A DNA stretch of 48,538 nt from Toensbergia leucococca (GCA_022813965.1 JALDZS010000177.1:1-48538), one strand, 5' to 3'; numbered from the stretch's first letter, positions 23,753-37,241 are shown. Numbers and translations are program-made. Notes: generated from the letters alone by a model not told the origin.

Positions 23753-25510
23753 ATGGTGAATAATGACAATGCTGCAAATGCTCCACTCATCCAAGAAGAT
23801 GCTTCAGATGGTGGGAGTCAGTATGAGGACGACAGTATCAAACTCCATGAGAGTGAGGTGATCTCACCCAGTCTGTTTATTTGGGCACTTACTTTCACCG
23901 CCGGAATCAGTGGCATTCTCTTTGGCTATGAGTATGTTCTATTTATGAGTTCCTCTACGTAGCTGAAGCTTCCACAGTACAGGTGTCATTTCTTCGACCC
24001 TCGTGTCAATAGGATCTGACCTCTCGCATCGTCCTCTGAGTACGCTCGACAAGAGCCTCGTTACCTCGTGTACGAGTTTCTTTGCACTAGTCGCCAGCCC
24101 TATTGCCGGGTTGCTGGCAGACAAGCTCGGCCGCAAGAAAGTCATACTCGTAGCAGATATATTATTTATCGTCGGAGCATTATGGCAAGCATGGTCTGGA
24201 TCAGTATGGAGCATGATTGCTGGACGAAGTATTGTGGGGCTTGCTGTTGGTGGCGCAAGCCTGGTCGTCCCACTGTACGTACACTTTGATAATGATCGGA
24301 AGTCACGTTCGGCTTATATTGTACCAGGTATATTTCAGAGCTTTCGCCGTCAGCGTTTCGTGGTAGGTTAGTCACTCTGAGTGTTCTATTCGTTACTGGC
24401 GGGCAAGTGGTGGCGTATGTTATTGGATGGCTCCTGTCAATGCAAGAGGATGGTTGGAGATGGATGGTCGGTTTGGGTGCTACGCCCGCTATTCTGCAAT
24501 TCGGACTTTTGATCCTTTTACCCGAAACTCCGAGGTGGCTCGTAAAGGTCGGCAAGACTGAAACAGCTCGAAAAGTGCTTGAAAAGGTTTACGGTGCAGG
24601 GTCGGACTTTATAGTGCAAGAAGTGCTTCGGGGAATCAGCAAGGAAGTCCAAGAGGAAGAGGTAATTGGCTATCACAATCAATCATCCGATTCTAGGAAA
24701 GGTGCTGTGGTATGGCTTGCACGATTGCAGGATGGATGGACAGAACTTTTCAGCACTGGTGCCACCAGGAGAGCATTAACTATTGCTTGTATGTTGCAGG
24801 CGCTGCAGCAGCTATGTGGATTCGTATAGTCACTTCAAATCTTCAAAGTGTATCTTTACTGACTCTGCTAGAATTCTCTCATGTATTTCTCGGCCACGAT
24901 ATTCTCCCTCGTCGGCTTTGAGTCTCCGACACTTGCATCTCTTTCCATTGCCCTGACAAATTTCGCCTTCACTCTTGTTGCTCTGATACTCATAGACCGC
25001 GTTGGCAGACGTCGCATGCTACTTCTCTCGATGCCAGTCATGATCGGTGGCTTGGTTTTGTGTTCTGTCGCTTTCAATTTTCTCAACGTTCCCATCAAAC
25101 AACACGAAGCTTTTAGACGCGCCAGTGGTACAATGCCCAGCTTATGGGCTCTCATCATTCTGGCAGCAATGGTGGTCTACGTCTGCGGTTACGCATTAGG
25201 TCTTGGAAATATTCCATGGCAACAAAGTGAGCTTTTTCCACTCTCGGTTCGTTCTCTTGGGTCTGGACTTGCGACTGCGACGAATTGGGGCAGTAATTTT
25301 ATTGTTGGGCTCACTTTCTTGCCGATGATGGGCTATATTACTCCAATGTGGACTTTTGCCGTATATGCTTTAATCTGTGTCGCTGGCTGGGGTTGTGCAT
25401 GGCGTATTTATCCAGAGACCAAAGGACTCGGGCTAGAGGAAGTTGGAGGCTTATTGAAGGATGGGTGGGGTGTAAAGGAGAGCTTAAGAAAGATCAGGAC
25501 CGGACATTGA
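23753..25510 (+). CDS. MFS sugar porter, myo-inositol transporter-like
   Basis: Introns 23932-23977, 24275-24327, 24824-24871; GISGILFGYDTGVIS, LADKLGRK, YISELSPSAFRGRL, LPETPRWL, LQQLCGFNSLMYFS, IDRVGRR, PWQQSELFPLSVRS, YPETKG. An upstream in-frame ATG at 23711 is an alternative start. Confidence 0.9.
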
Positions 25511-26350
25511 ATGTATTCGGAGGACTTGATACACATCTCAGAAATCAGTACCGCTGTTCGGCAATTTGCATTGAAGAGATGTTCTGAATTCTCTGAAAGA
25601 AGGTCTATATTCTATTCGTACAGTGACAAATTTTGATTCAGTACAGCTTGACGGCGCGACGAATCGTACGTGGGTTGCATCCATGCCTGGATTTATCATA
25701 TACAAACGAGCATCAATCACTATACATCGGTCGGGATAGCTTCCTCTCCGATATCGATGAGGGATCATATCGTTCGTGCTTGGTAGACAACAAGTGTCCA
25801 GTCCATATCCTATCTCGGAACGAAATCAGTTCTGTTCTCATCCATACCTCCCTTCAGCTCGAAGTTTGCGTCGCTTTTCAGCCCCAGGCAGATCCAGCAC
25901 TAAAATCATCTCAACATCTTGCAAAGCAGCGGCAATACCTACCTTACTCACTTCATACTAGGACTCGCCTATCCAGACCGGTGAAGCGAAGATATCCATG
26001 ATTTGCCACTGATTCACCTCTACGATCTCCTTTTGCCATCCCAACAAACCAATACCTTTCAATGACACCAACCACGCCAGCAACCCCACCACTACGCCAG
26101 TAGCACCTGCGCTGAAAGCTCAGAATGCTACCCCGTAATGAACATGATTCGTTGGTCGAATCGCTCGATCGCAATGGTAACGGCAACAAGTCTTCTCAAA
26201 TCCTATTAAAACCCATAGTCACGGATCTCCCCCTCCAGAATGTCAATATAATTGAGAGGGTAAAATTCCTTTCTCCCAAATCAACCAACTTTCCCTGAAT
26301 TCAATCTCACACTTAATCAATAGTACAATACCGCAATCGAACTCTCCCGC

Positions 26351-27232
26351 GTGGTAGAAGCCAATCTAATTGAGATTGGATGCAAAGCCATGCATGAGCG
26401 CTGCGACGTCGTCAGAGAGCTCATAGAGCGTAGATCGAGCACCACTAGATACGAAGTGGTGAACGTTTCGCTGCGTGCGATGAAAAATACCTTGGCCGAA
26501 AAAATTCATTGCATTCGAAACATGCTGGTAGTCAGGGAGGCGCAGAGAGAAGCTTTGGAGGAAGAGGTGCGTTGTTGCCTTTTCGTCTTTACTTACCTTT
26601 TTCTCCTATTTCTCCTTTGGGTTTAGTCATGTGATTTCCTGTGGATATGAGCTGACTTATATTTCGGATAGCTGTATCATGTGAAAAAGTGTATGGAATT
26701 GGTCGACGAAAACCCGGAGACACAGACCGACAATGCAGGAATGGATCAGCCGCCAGCTCAAGGCGATGATGAGCAAGGGCCAAATGCTCTAGACCAAGGC
26801 ACTGAGCAGGTATTGACCGTACAGCAGTCTGTCCAGGACTTGGACGCCAACAACCAGTGTGTCGCGGTAGAAGAGGATAAAGATGTGAAGACTTTGGGTC
26901 AAGACGCCAACGAACACGCTATCGATACCGCCACTGCCAACGCCAGTGATGCCGCTATCCAGGTAGCCAACGCCAAGATACACGCTATTCAGGACGCCAA
27001 AATCAAGGAACACACTACTCCAGCCGCCAACGCCAACGACACCAATGCCCAGTCCACCGCCACTCTTTCCCGCCCTCCTACCCCCATTCCCTCTGAAATC
27101 CCCCTCCCTCCCTCCCCAAGCACCCCCATCTCCGCCATCTCCAGATCCTTATCATCCTCCCCCATCCTCTCTACTCCTGCAAAGGATACCGTAAATGTGG
27201 GTTTGGCTCTCGAGCGCATATGTCTTTCCTAA
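26351..27232 (+). CDS. Hypothetical protein (helical/coiled-coil segment followed by acidic and Pro/Ser-rich low complexity); 5' end undefined
   Basis: ORFs 26351-26626 and 26681-27232 are joinable by a plausible intron (GAG|gtgcgt at about 26567 ... gctgac ... gatag at about 26671); no recognisable domain. Confidence 0.4.
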
Positions 27233-27924
27233 GCAAAACGGAGCTACGCTTTTGGATCTCTTGTGGACTAAGGAATCTCCAGATAGCGGAAATAGGAACT
27301 TGGATCTCGGAGGGGGGTTTGGAAAAATGGATCTTGGGATCTTTTGGGACGAAAGGGGATCAGTTTGGCAGAATCTCGCTTCTTGAAACCCCGAAGAAAG
27401 CAAAGCTGGTGGGTTGGGTTGAAGCTTCTTTTCTTTTGGCGTAGGAGCGAGGCGCGGATGATGAGGTAGTCCATGCGGCGAGCTTTTACGAAGGGTGGAT
27501 CCGATTTTCCTTGTCGAAGCTGTCATTTATCTTGCAAGGGTCGTGTGAACCCGCCTCTTCATGACGAATCCCAATCTCCACAATCAGTTCTATCCCATCC
27601 TTACGTGTAACATGCTGAACCCACCCCCATCCAACCCCCACACACCCAAACCCCGAACCTCAATTCAACTCAACCCATCCCCCAGCACCCCATGGAAAAA
27701 AATTCAAGCATCCGATCATCCCCTTCTCACGCTCCCCCGTAAGGATACACCTGGCCCCAACCACATCCCCCCAACTCTAACCACACCCTCTCAAAAACAA
27801 CCACCAATAAAAAACTTTACCTGATTATAGAGGTTAGCAGATATAGGGAGTTGAGTCCATCTGTTTCAGATGAAGGTGTTTTTTGCTTCGTTATGAATTA
27901 AGAGAATGAGTTGTGCATGTATGA

Positions 27925-27963
27925 CTTTTTTTTCTTTCTTTTTTTTTTTTTGTTTTGTTTTTT
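27925..27963 (+). repeat. Poly-T-rich tract
   Basis: tttttttctttctttttttttttttgttttgtttttt read directly. Confidence 0.7.
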
Positions 27964-28589
27964 GAGGGTTGTGAGTTACTGATGTGATGTCTATGTTTCA
28001 TTATTTTGTGTTGAGACTACGGGATGAGCTTGTGAGATTTTAGATCAGCAGCAGATTTCAATTGTGTTTTTCTGCCGTTGTCAGGACAGAAATATGTGTA
28101 TCAGACCGAGCTCATTCGGAAGTGAGAGAAGATACGTGAGGAAGAATGGACACGAGTATGAGGCGATGTGCTAAACTACATAAATGCTGAGATGGAAAAA
28201 AGGTGAAATTGTTTAGACACCGGCGAGAGCCGGGTAGGGAGAATGAGTTGGAAGACTAGAAGAGCAGAAGCTGTGAGTAAATGAAACACTTATTGCAGTA
28301 CCCGCCGCTAACTTGTAGATTGTTGAGTTGCCAAAAGCACTGTGTATATGAAGAGTCTTTCCAACACATCACCTGTGCTAGGCCGATATCAAGCTTTTCT
28401 CAAGTCTACCTCGCCATACTGCCGCACACAGAAAAATATCCAAAGGTCCCTGCAACAATAAGGTGTATCGCTTTGAGGAAGTCTCCAACACACCTTCCGC
28501 TACGGTCCTCACTAGTTTTTCAAGTCTGTACAATAAGCATACGTCTCTGTCGCAAAGAAAAATCAAGTTCGGACTTCGGAGAGAATACC

Positions 28590-28950
28590 ATGCAGTTCCA
28601 TGAGGATTGTAAAGACAACGAGCGAAGGCTCGACGAGTTTGAGGAGGACAACAAGCATTTCTAAGAGGCTTCCAAGGAGCTAGTGGAGAGTATCTTGAAT
28701 TTTGAGAAGAAGACCAAAGAGAAGATAAGAGAATTAGTGTAGACTGTAGGACCTGGGATTCGGAAAAGAAATCCGAGGAGTTAGAAATGAGTACATAGGA
28801 GCTTGAGGAGAAGATCATGTGTTTATATTTAATGGCCGAATCTCCTATACCTTGGCACCTGATAATTGCTATTTGAGGATCTCAGGAGGTTCAAGAAGGA
28901 AGCAAGGGATGGAGAAGGGGAAGAAATGAGTCTTGAGCGGATGAAGTAAA
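28590..28950 (+). pseudogene. Possible degenerate coiled-coil coding remnant
   Basis: MQFHEDCKDNERRLDEFEEDNKHF*EASKELVESILNFEKKTKEKIRELV* continues with heptad-like E/K composition through TAA/TAG stops and an apparent frameshift. Confidence 0.3.
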
Positions 28951-29873
28951 TGCAGGCTCGTTGAGGCCAAGAATTTTGCGCGATTGGTACGAGTACTTAG
29001 CTCAAATTGGCTACTCACCAGCTTCTCTAGTCTATAGTCTTCTTTCTCCCCATCAGGATCCCTTTTCGTTCTAGAATTGGAATGGTATAGTCAGGCAGGC
29101 CTGGTAAATTCATAGACAGAGCTGGAAAACCCTAATGCCGGTGAACACATCTCCATCTGCAAAGGCTCTTGAGAAGGAGTAGAGCGATAGGGTAAGCTAC
29201 ACCTTCGAGGGAATGCGAGTTACATCTCAATCTCTGAATCCACGTCATGACTTATTCACCTTTTCTTTGTTTCTGCCTGGCTGAGACAAATGCCTCTTTT
29301 TCAAGTGCATGCTATGTTGTGCATCATGATGCAAGAACTGTAGACATGTGTGTGTGTCGTGGATGGCCAGGATTGAAAGACCATGCCTCATCGTGTCATC
29401 ATTTCAAAGGTTTGTCAAATCTGGTTGATATGACAGGATCTAGATACCTATGTTGCTGTTGGTAGAGAGCCAAGCAGAATTCCCGCTGTAATCTTGCGGC
29501 CGGTGTGATTGCATGAGTAGAGCTTTCTCGGACTGAGGCGCACGAAAGTTGTTGGTTAAGCCGTATCGAGTTGCAGATTGGCGATGCAAGGAGTGTGGCT
29601 AGGTAACTATGTGGGTCCATGCCCTGGACTATGATTCGTTGCCAGTCTTTAACAACAGCTTTGATCGACAATTAATTATCCTGCAAATATTCTCTAAACA
29701 TCATCAGTCAGGTAACGACAATGACCATGGATCAGGTGTTGTTCAATCAGAAGCCAATGGGTATTTTATTGTCTAAGCTACTGTTCCTGCCATTATGATC
29801 CCTGCTCTGTCGACTGCACGCTCCATCAAATCAACCATCCCTTTCTCATTTATGGTGACCTCACATTTCGTAC

Positions 29874-30250
29874 TCAGTGCTTGGCAGACTCCTTGTTGAC
29901 TTCTGCGGATGCCTAAAGTTCATGTCAATAATTGCTCAGGTACATCTATGAAGATGGCACGCACATCGTTCGACTTCTGGTCGACTTTGTCTCCGACCGA
30001 GTCCTTGGCAGCAGTTGCACGAGTGCTAAGGGACGCGTCGCTGTCCTTGGCAACGGCTGGTGATTGTGTCAGTCTCAAGTGTGGCAACGTTATGACGGCA
30101 AAGCTTACCCTTGTTGGCCTCGTGAGACGCACCTGAGGTAGCGCTCTTGGCTGAGTCGACCACGTACTGGGCAGAGTCCCTAAGGTGAGGTCAGTGAGGT
30201 GCTTCAGGTGTATTGGAAGGACCAACAGCAGCTTACTTGACGGTATCCAT
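29874..30250 (-). CDS. grg1: Glucose-repressible small protein Grg1 / Ccg-1 family
   Basis: Four small exons give MDTVK-DSAQYVVDSAKSATSGASHEANK-AVAKDSDASLSTRATAAKDSVGDKVDQKSND-ASAEVNKESAKH*, matching the Grg1 pattern; not present as a single ORF in the track. Confidence 0.92.
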
Positions 30251-30399
30251 TTTAGAGGTTGAAGTTGATGATTTGAGGTTTGTTTGGTAGATTTGAAGGT
30301 ATTGTTTGGTGTAGAGAAAGATTCGTGTGTGTTGTGATGAAAAAGAAGAAGAGAAGAAGTGGATGGTGGGGTTGATGGCATATATTCATGGGCTTTCGC

Positions 30400-30660
30400 T
30401 AGCGTACGTCATGGAGGGGCAAGAGAGGGGCAAGGCTGCTGTGGTCAGTACTCCGTAATGGTCACGAACTCTTACTTTTTCTGGTCACACGGATCCAACA
30501 GAGACTTCACATGCTCTCGGCCTTGGCCATGTTTTTCCATTACCTGATATTTTGCAACATTTACGTCACTGACGTGTCTTTCTAAGGTAAGGTAAGGTAC
30601 CTTACCTTACAGGGACATCCAGATAGCACCATAAGACGAGGCATTCTGGGGCGGCGGAGT
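30400..30660. promoter_or_regulatory. grg1 upstream region: CRE/ATF-like sites and CreA-like SYGGRG sites
   Basis: TACGTCA at about 30405, TTACGTCA 30561-30568, TGACGT 30570-30575, CTGGGG 30646-30651, GCGGAG 30654-30659; consistent with known stress induction and glucose repression of grg-1/ccg-1. Confidence 0.5.
30587..30610. repeat. Perfect 24-bp palindrome built from GTAAG units
   Basis: GTAAGGTAAGGT|ACCTTACCTTAC. Confidence 0.9.
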
Positions 30661-31700
30661 CCGGTTCTATATCAAATACACCAGTACATCAGGTCATCAC
30701 TCGGGGTACTACTGCTTTAACGACATAGAAGCCGCTGCTAGCACCAGTCCACTCGTACCATTTCTTTATCAATTTCAGCATTATCTTACCTATTGAGTGC
30801 TTTCACGGCTTCATTTCCCCATCTCTGCTCCAAATCATCAACGGTGGATGTGTAACCAGAAATTGGCTCGTCATGGATGATCTCGGATCAAGCATACCTT
30901 ACCTATGTTGGTAGAGATTTGAATGAGCTAATCCTTTACAACAACTTGGTATCGATTTCGAGGATGAATTCTACGCCGTGTCAAAGGCATTGGTTCTCTC
31001 CCTCGCTGAGGTTGCTATTGAACTTGGCAATCTGATTATCTACCATGTGATTTTCTTGGCTCTCTTTGCATTTTGTGCACTGACGAACCTCTGAAACAGC
31101 CTCATATGCGGTGTTTGCTGTTATCGGAAAGACATTTATAAGGTGCGACGTTTCACGCTTCCAAATGCAAATCCTTCTCGAAAACTCATTCCTGATTGCC
31201 GCTCAAGGTTCACGTATTAATCCTTCTTGACTCTGACTCTGAATGCATCGTTGTTCCAATCGGGCTGGACCATGGTAAATACATGGACGTAGTCAGGATG
31301 GCTGCTTTGCAACCTTGCCATGATCGCCAGCATATGCATGACATAGCGGAATTACACCTTACAATCCCGGTGTACTGCAAGCCATGAGCCCTAAACACTG
31401 GAAGCATCAAATGTCATTCCCTTCAAGCTATGCGCTCGAAACATAGCTTCAATAAAACTTGGCTGGGACAAAGATATTAGAAACAGGAGCGGTGAGTACT
31501 TCCTCTTACGTGCATTGTTAGACGGTATCCGAGGGAATATGCGCAATGAAATCTATAAGACAGCGACGACTTTGTACGATCCAAATGGACCCAATCATTG
31601 TTCGAATTTCTGCTTGTTTTTCGTTCTCTGGACATTAATTCTCCATCACTCTCGTTGAGTTCTGTTGATATCATATCACTCGATGATGAATTTATCATAT

Positions 31701-32312
31701 ATGAAAACGTCTTTTCTTTGTACTCTCATTGTCACCCTCTTGACAAGCGTTCTTTCGACTCAAATTATCACACCCTCCCAAGTCAATACCACTGCCACCG
31801 ACCTCCAACTGACCCCCAAATTGATTGCTCAACTGGAAAAGCAATACAACTGGACTACCATCTTCGACTCCAGTACAGCCATCAACTACACCCTCGATAA
31901 GGCCTTAGGCATCAACTGTCGAGGCAGCTCGCATTGCAGCAGAAGTATATCAACCTTTGGAGGTCAGCTAATAGATGTCTTCATCCAACTCCTTCGTGGC
32001 AGTCCAGCCATGAATATTTATGGAGCTGGGGCTCACATTGCCTGCCTTCCTGCGGTCAAGGTTTGGAGCGGCGGATTTTGCGTCTTTACTCAAGGACCAC
32101 ATGTCCCGTATGGTGTAAGTGCGGATTTTGTCCTACTCAAATTGCAAGAACTGCATGATCACGGATGCGGAATCTGTGGAAGTGTACCGTTGACAGAGGA
32201 TAACGATCCGGAAATTGCTGGCATCATGACGGTCAATTTTGTGTCTGGTGGTGGGATTTGCCCAGGACTTTGTCCGCCAACCTATGTACCACCCTCATTC
32301 CCGCCGCTGTAA
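31701..32312 (+). CDS. Secreted KP4 killer-toxin-like protein
   Basis: Signal peptide MKTSFLCTLIVTLLTSVLS; LGINCRGSSHC, HIAC, GGFCVFTQ, LHDHGCGICGSVP, NDPEIAGIMTVNFV match the KP4 family pattern; intronless. Confidence 0.9.
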   Translation: MKTSFLCTLIVTLLTSVLSTQIITPSQVNTTATDLQLTPKLIAQLEKQYNWTTIFDSSTAINYTLDKALGINCRGSSHCSRSISTFGGQLIDVFIQLLRGSPAMNIYGAGAHIACLPAVKVWSGGFCVFTQGPHVPYGVSADFVLLKLQELHDHGCGICGSVPLTEDNDPEIAGIMTVNFVSGGGICPGLCPPTYVPPSFPPL

Positions 32313-34774
32313 GTTCGTCTATTTATGCTGCCGTAGAATAGCATGAGTCGTTCGCTAAACAGCGGTAGAGATAACACCATAACATCTTGATCACCCTCCT
32401 GGGAGACTGCCACGACACTCTATCAAGGAGCTGGAATACCTTACTCATCAAAGGCTAGCCAAAGTTGCGCTACTCATTTTTTACCGTTGACGAAGATCTC
32501 GTATTCTAAAGCCACCGAAAACCAGGCGTGTACCTCTAGAAACCCTAATCTCATCACTTCAGCCCCTTGTATACTTCTTGCTTTGACGGTGCTCCAGGTC
32601 GAGGCAAACACCCAAAGCCTGAATGAGCATTGATTCATCAGGTATCTTTTGAGCCATTCTGCATGCCGCAAGGTGCTCCATCTTGACCTGGAACTTTCAG
32701 GCTTCGGGAAGGCTCGTCCTATCTACCATCTTGCCAAGTCTGGATTGATTCCAAAGGTTTATTTTTAGAGTTCGCATTTTGCTGTGCAACCCGCATATCT
32801 AAGATCCATGCTGCCGGGTGCAGCAGGACTTGAGCTTGGAATGTTACTCTCCCTAGTAGGACGACTAGATGGGAAGCATGGCCTTCCTGGGAAATGTGTT
32901 TAAAGAGCTTGATAGGCCTGGCATGTGATTTATGGACGCTTAAGACCTTGAAATCTTTCCACCCCCGCCTCCCAGATGTAACATCTAAGGGTCCCATCTA
33001 ATTGGCAACTTCTCAAGCCACCAAGGTTTTGTGGAAATCCATAGCGAGCGCTCCAGGGACCAGATGCTTTATAAAACACAATGCAAACAAAGACGTACTG
33101 CATATCATGACAATAACTCAAGGTACTTTACGAGTACTACAAGGATATATACGTACTTGGGCCTGAGTTTCATGACTATTTCTTACACTTTTACGTGCTT
33201 CGCAAGATCAAGCCTGGGGAGAAGGATATGCTCAGAATCGGTCGAGTCCTTGTCCAAGCCAGAAACTTCCATGGTACGGTAGTGGAAATTTGGCAAATCT
33301 CCGATCTGCTAGACAGTAGGAATACCTTGGAACTCGAAATACGTGTAAATAGAATGATGCTTATTAGGCTACGGTATGACCTGTTCGCGACCGACCTGGG
33401 ATTTTCTCCTTTAGTGTGTTTGATTATTGTCAAATGTTTGAAAGAAGAACAACGAGCCTCAGTTTATTTGACCGCTCTCCTTCTCGTTCGAGCAACCAGA
33501 ATTCTTTGACATCAGACCAAAATATAGAGCAGCCCCTGATTCCATTCATCCACCAGGGCTCCACACCCACTACGAGATCACATACCTATAGAAGAATTCC
33601 TCCGCCCACACCCAGTCAGTTACTTCGTCAAACTTGCTCTCGAACGTATGAGAGTTCATGGAACAAGATCCCTCCAACCACTCCCTAGAATACCATGACG
33701 TAATTCGCCAGTACTGGATGGAGCACCTCCCACTCTTCCGCTCTTTCGGCTTCAGCAACGATCAAGTCCTCCCTTAGATAGATGAATGCGTGGACCAGCC
33801 GCCGATCCCACTGTACCGTAAATGCCGCCCTTCTTCAAGCAGTGGGTCGCGAATGTGCTGAAGGATATGGGGCTTCTGCGGGCGCGCCTACCAATGAATT
33901 TGAAGATAAATGGGATGGGAACTTCGTGGGAGGGATGATTTAGGGGTGTGTTCGATTGTTCTATTAAAGGTCTTTCATGGAGTTGGATTTAGTGGGAGGG
34001 CTTTGGTAGACTTTTGTCAATTCTAGTGAGAAGATAGGGATTAGATGCGACAGCCTCTTTCGTTTTCTCGACGCAGGGTTTTTATTGGTCCCATGAGCAT
34101 AACGCAAATATTAATGTTCCCCGTGCCTGATCTGGTTTTCTTTATTACACCGCTCTTGTTGACGACGTCTTGTTCTATTTTTGGGGAGCTTTTCAGGATT
34201 CGCTCATTCGCTAGGTCGTGGATACTACAAGGAGGCATGTAATATATATAGGAAGATAACAGGAAACTTGGACTGATAGGCAAACATGCAAGTCGAGATA
34301 GTAGGGTAGTAATATCTGACGAAGGAGTAGCAGGATTGATCACGCAAGCGGAGGCTAAAGTGGGCTGCGTTGGGTAAATGGCTATGTAGGTAGCCAGCAT
34401 TACTTTCTTCTAGCAAAGCGTTGGGTCGCTGGTGCTTGATTGAGGCTTTCCAGGACTTCGAGGATCAGTAAACCCAAAAGACTTTTCAAGTCAGACTTAG
34501 GCGAGGAGGGTAAGGCACGTTGAAGATGAAGAGTGGAAGTGAAACAGGGGACTGAGGGCGGAATTAGAGTTGTTGAATAAAAGTTGCCCTAAGCCTTGTA
34601 CGGAGTAGGTCTAACAGCATTGAATCAACAGGGATTATGATCCAATCAATCAAGCGTTGAACCTCGGCATCTTGATGTCACTGAGATGGAACATTTGGAT
34701 GCAACCATCGAAATGTCAAAACCACCTTCTGTCCCCTTATCCAGAATAAGTTCCGAGAACTCCATCAACCTCAA

Positions 34775-37241
34775 ATGGCACCTCCCTGGGTTCAGGCTCT
34801 AACGCCCTCGGGCCCACAGGGTTCAGAGCTGCTTGCTGCTGAACGAGCAGCCTCCAATATCCCAGTCGAGAAGCTATCAAAGTTCCTCTTCACCGAGCAA
34901 GTCCTTGACCGTCAGGATCGACTCTTAGAGATCCTCAAGGCCGAGAAAGTCTTTGAGAAGACGCAGAATTACTTCGATGGCAGGGCGGATAGGTTCGTCA
35001 CTGCTCTTGCTAGGGCAAAGCGCCTTCGGCAATTAGCAGTGCAGCACAAATGGTCGACGGAAGAGTTTCAGATGTCTACTGAGCTCATTAGTGAGCCCGG
35101 ACCTTATGGACTACATGCGAGCATGTTCTTGGTACGCTCTGATCCAGTCTCATTGTGGCAGTAAATTACTTGGGCATTCCGATCCTTGATTTCTTACAAC
35201 CCTGTAGACTCCCCAATCACTTTGAACATCTTCCCTACCCTACAGAATACTCAAATATCCTAGCTGTGATAGCGCTGATAGTTACCAGATCACTCTTCGA
35301 GACCAAGGCACCCCTGAGCAACACAAGCTGTTCCTCAAAAGGGCCGTAAAATACGAAATTATTGGATGTTACGCTCAGACAGAGCTGGGTCATGGATCCA
35401 ACGTACGAGGGCTGGAGACAACCGCGACGTGGAATCCAGACGACAAGACTTTCATAATCCACTCGCCACATCTCACATCATCCAAATGGTGGATCGGCTC
35501 TCTAGGGCGTACAGCCAATCATGCTGTGGTAATGGCCCAGCTCGTAATCGATGGCAGATCGTACGGTCCTCATCCTTTTGTGGTGCAAATCCGCGACATG
35601 GTTACTCATCAGCCTCTGGAGAATATTCACGTTGGTGATATTGGTCCAAAATTTGGATACAAGTGAGTGGATTATTTTGAATTGTAAAGGAACTTGTTAA
35701 TTTTTGCTACAGCACTATGGACAATGGCTTTCTTCTCTTGAACAAAATCAAGATTCCTCACGTCAACATGCTGGCCAAATTTTCTAGTGTTGACCTAAAG
35801 ACAAACAAATATGTACGACCTAGATCGGCAGCTCTTGTCTATGGTATGACTCACATTGCCTTTCCTTCGAGTCTTGCAACAGATGCTGATGATACCTAGG
35901 AACAATGACCTTTATCAGAAGTTCCATCGTACTTCAATCCGGTACTGTCCTAGCTCGAGGTGTCACTATTGCTACTAGATATTGTGCGGTCAGACGGCAG
36001 TTTCAAGACAGGGATGCCCAAAAGGGGGAGACTGGAGAAAATCAGGTCCTCAACTACGTAAGTATCTAAGAAGACCATCATTCCACTTCTAGTCACTGAT
36101 CACTTATTCAGACCATGGTACAAATCCGGTTACTGCCTCTATTAGCTGCCACATTTGCACTGCACTTCACTGGCCGTAGCATGCAGGCACTGTACGAAGA
36201 AAATCAAGCGAAGATGAAGGGCGAACCTAGGAAAACTCCTGATACGAAACGAAGCCCTGGTCCTGAAGAGTTAAATCCTGGTACTGAGCTACTTGCTGAC
36301 CTCCATGCGACATCTTGTGGATTGAAAGCTCTCGCAAGTACCACTGCAGCCGAAGGCCTTGAAGTGTGTAGAAGAGCCTGTGGCGGTCACGGATACAGCA
36401 GCTTCAGCGGCATAGGATCGTGGTACGCTGACTACCTCCCAACGACTACATGGGAGGGTGATAATTACATGTTGACCCAGCAAGTCGCAAGATACGTGAG
36501 TATCCAATGTTACCAAACCCTAATCGTAACATAGGACCTAACCTATTCTAGCTCCTAACATCCGCTCGCGCAGTCCTAGACGGTAAACCCGCTCAAAATG
36601 ATACAAGCAAAATCTTTCGCACTTTCCTCGCGCGTCGCGACATGGGTGCCGCCTTTGACGTCCTCGATCGCGATGAAGACATCGTTGCTGCCTTCGCTTG
36701 GCGCACCTCCTTTCTCACCTTCGAAGCGCTCAAGCATCGCGATGAAGAGAAAAACTCTTGGAACAGCCTCCTCGTCGACTTCTGGCGCCTCAGCACTGCT
36801 CACTCCCAGTACCTAATCGTCAAAAGCTTCTACGATGCCCTCCGTGCCCCGACCATCACTTCGGATCTCGACCCCGACACCGTCGCCATCATGCACAAGC
36901 TGTTTCGCCTTTTTGCCCTCCACACCCTCGAACGCGAGGCGTCTGAATTCTTTTCTTCGGGAGCGGTCACGGTTCGGCAGATCCAGCTTGCGAGAACGAA
37001 AGCAGTCATGAAGTTGCTCGAGGAGATTCGGCCGCATGCAGTGCGCCTGGTCGATTCGTGGCGGTTCCCGGATTGGCAGATCGATAGTAGTTTAGGGCGG
37101 TATGATGGCAAGGTTTATGAGGATTTGTTCAAGAGGGCTAGTGAGCTGAATCCGTTGAATGCGTTGACGATTGATCCGTATCCGGATTCGCCGGTGTTGA
37201 TCAAGAAGGATGAGAGGGGCCCGAGTAGGAGTAAGCTTTAG
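34775..37241 (+). CDS. POX1: Peroxisomal acyl-CoA oxidase
   Basis: Introns 35132-35288, 35663-35712, 35844-35899, 36058-36111, 36496-36551; GCYAQTELGHGSNVRGLETTA, KWWIGSLG, GDIGPKFGY, MDNGFL, CRRACGGHGY, TWEGDNYML; C-terminal SKL (PTS1). Confidence 0.95.

Noticed and set aside
21919..37241. Peroxisomal metabolic gene cluster (AGX1 + POX1)
   Set aside because: More than 11 kb apart with unrelated genes between; no support beyond probable shared compartment.
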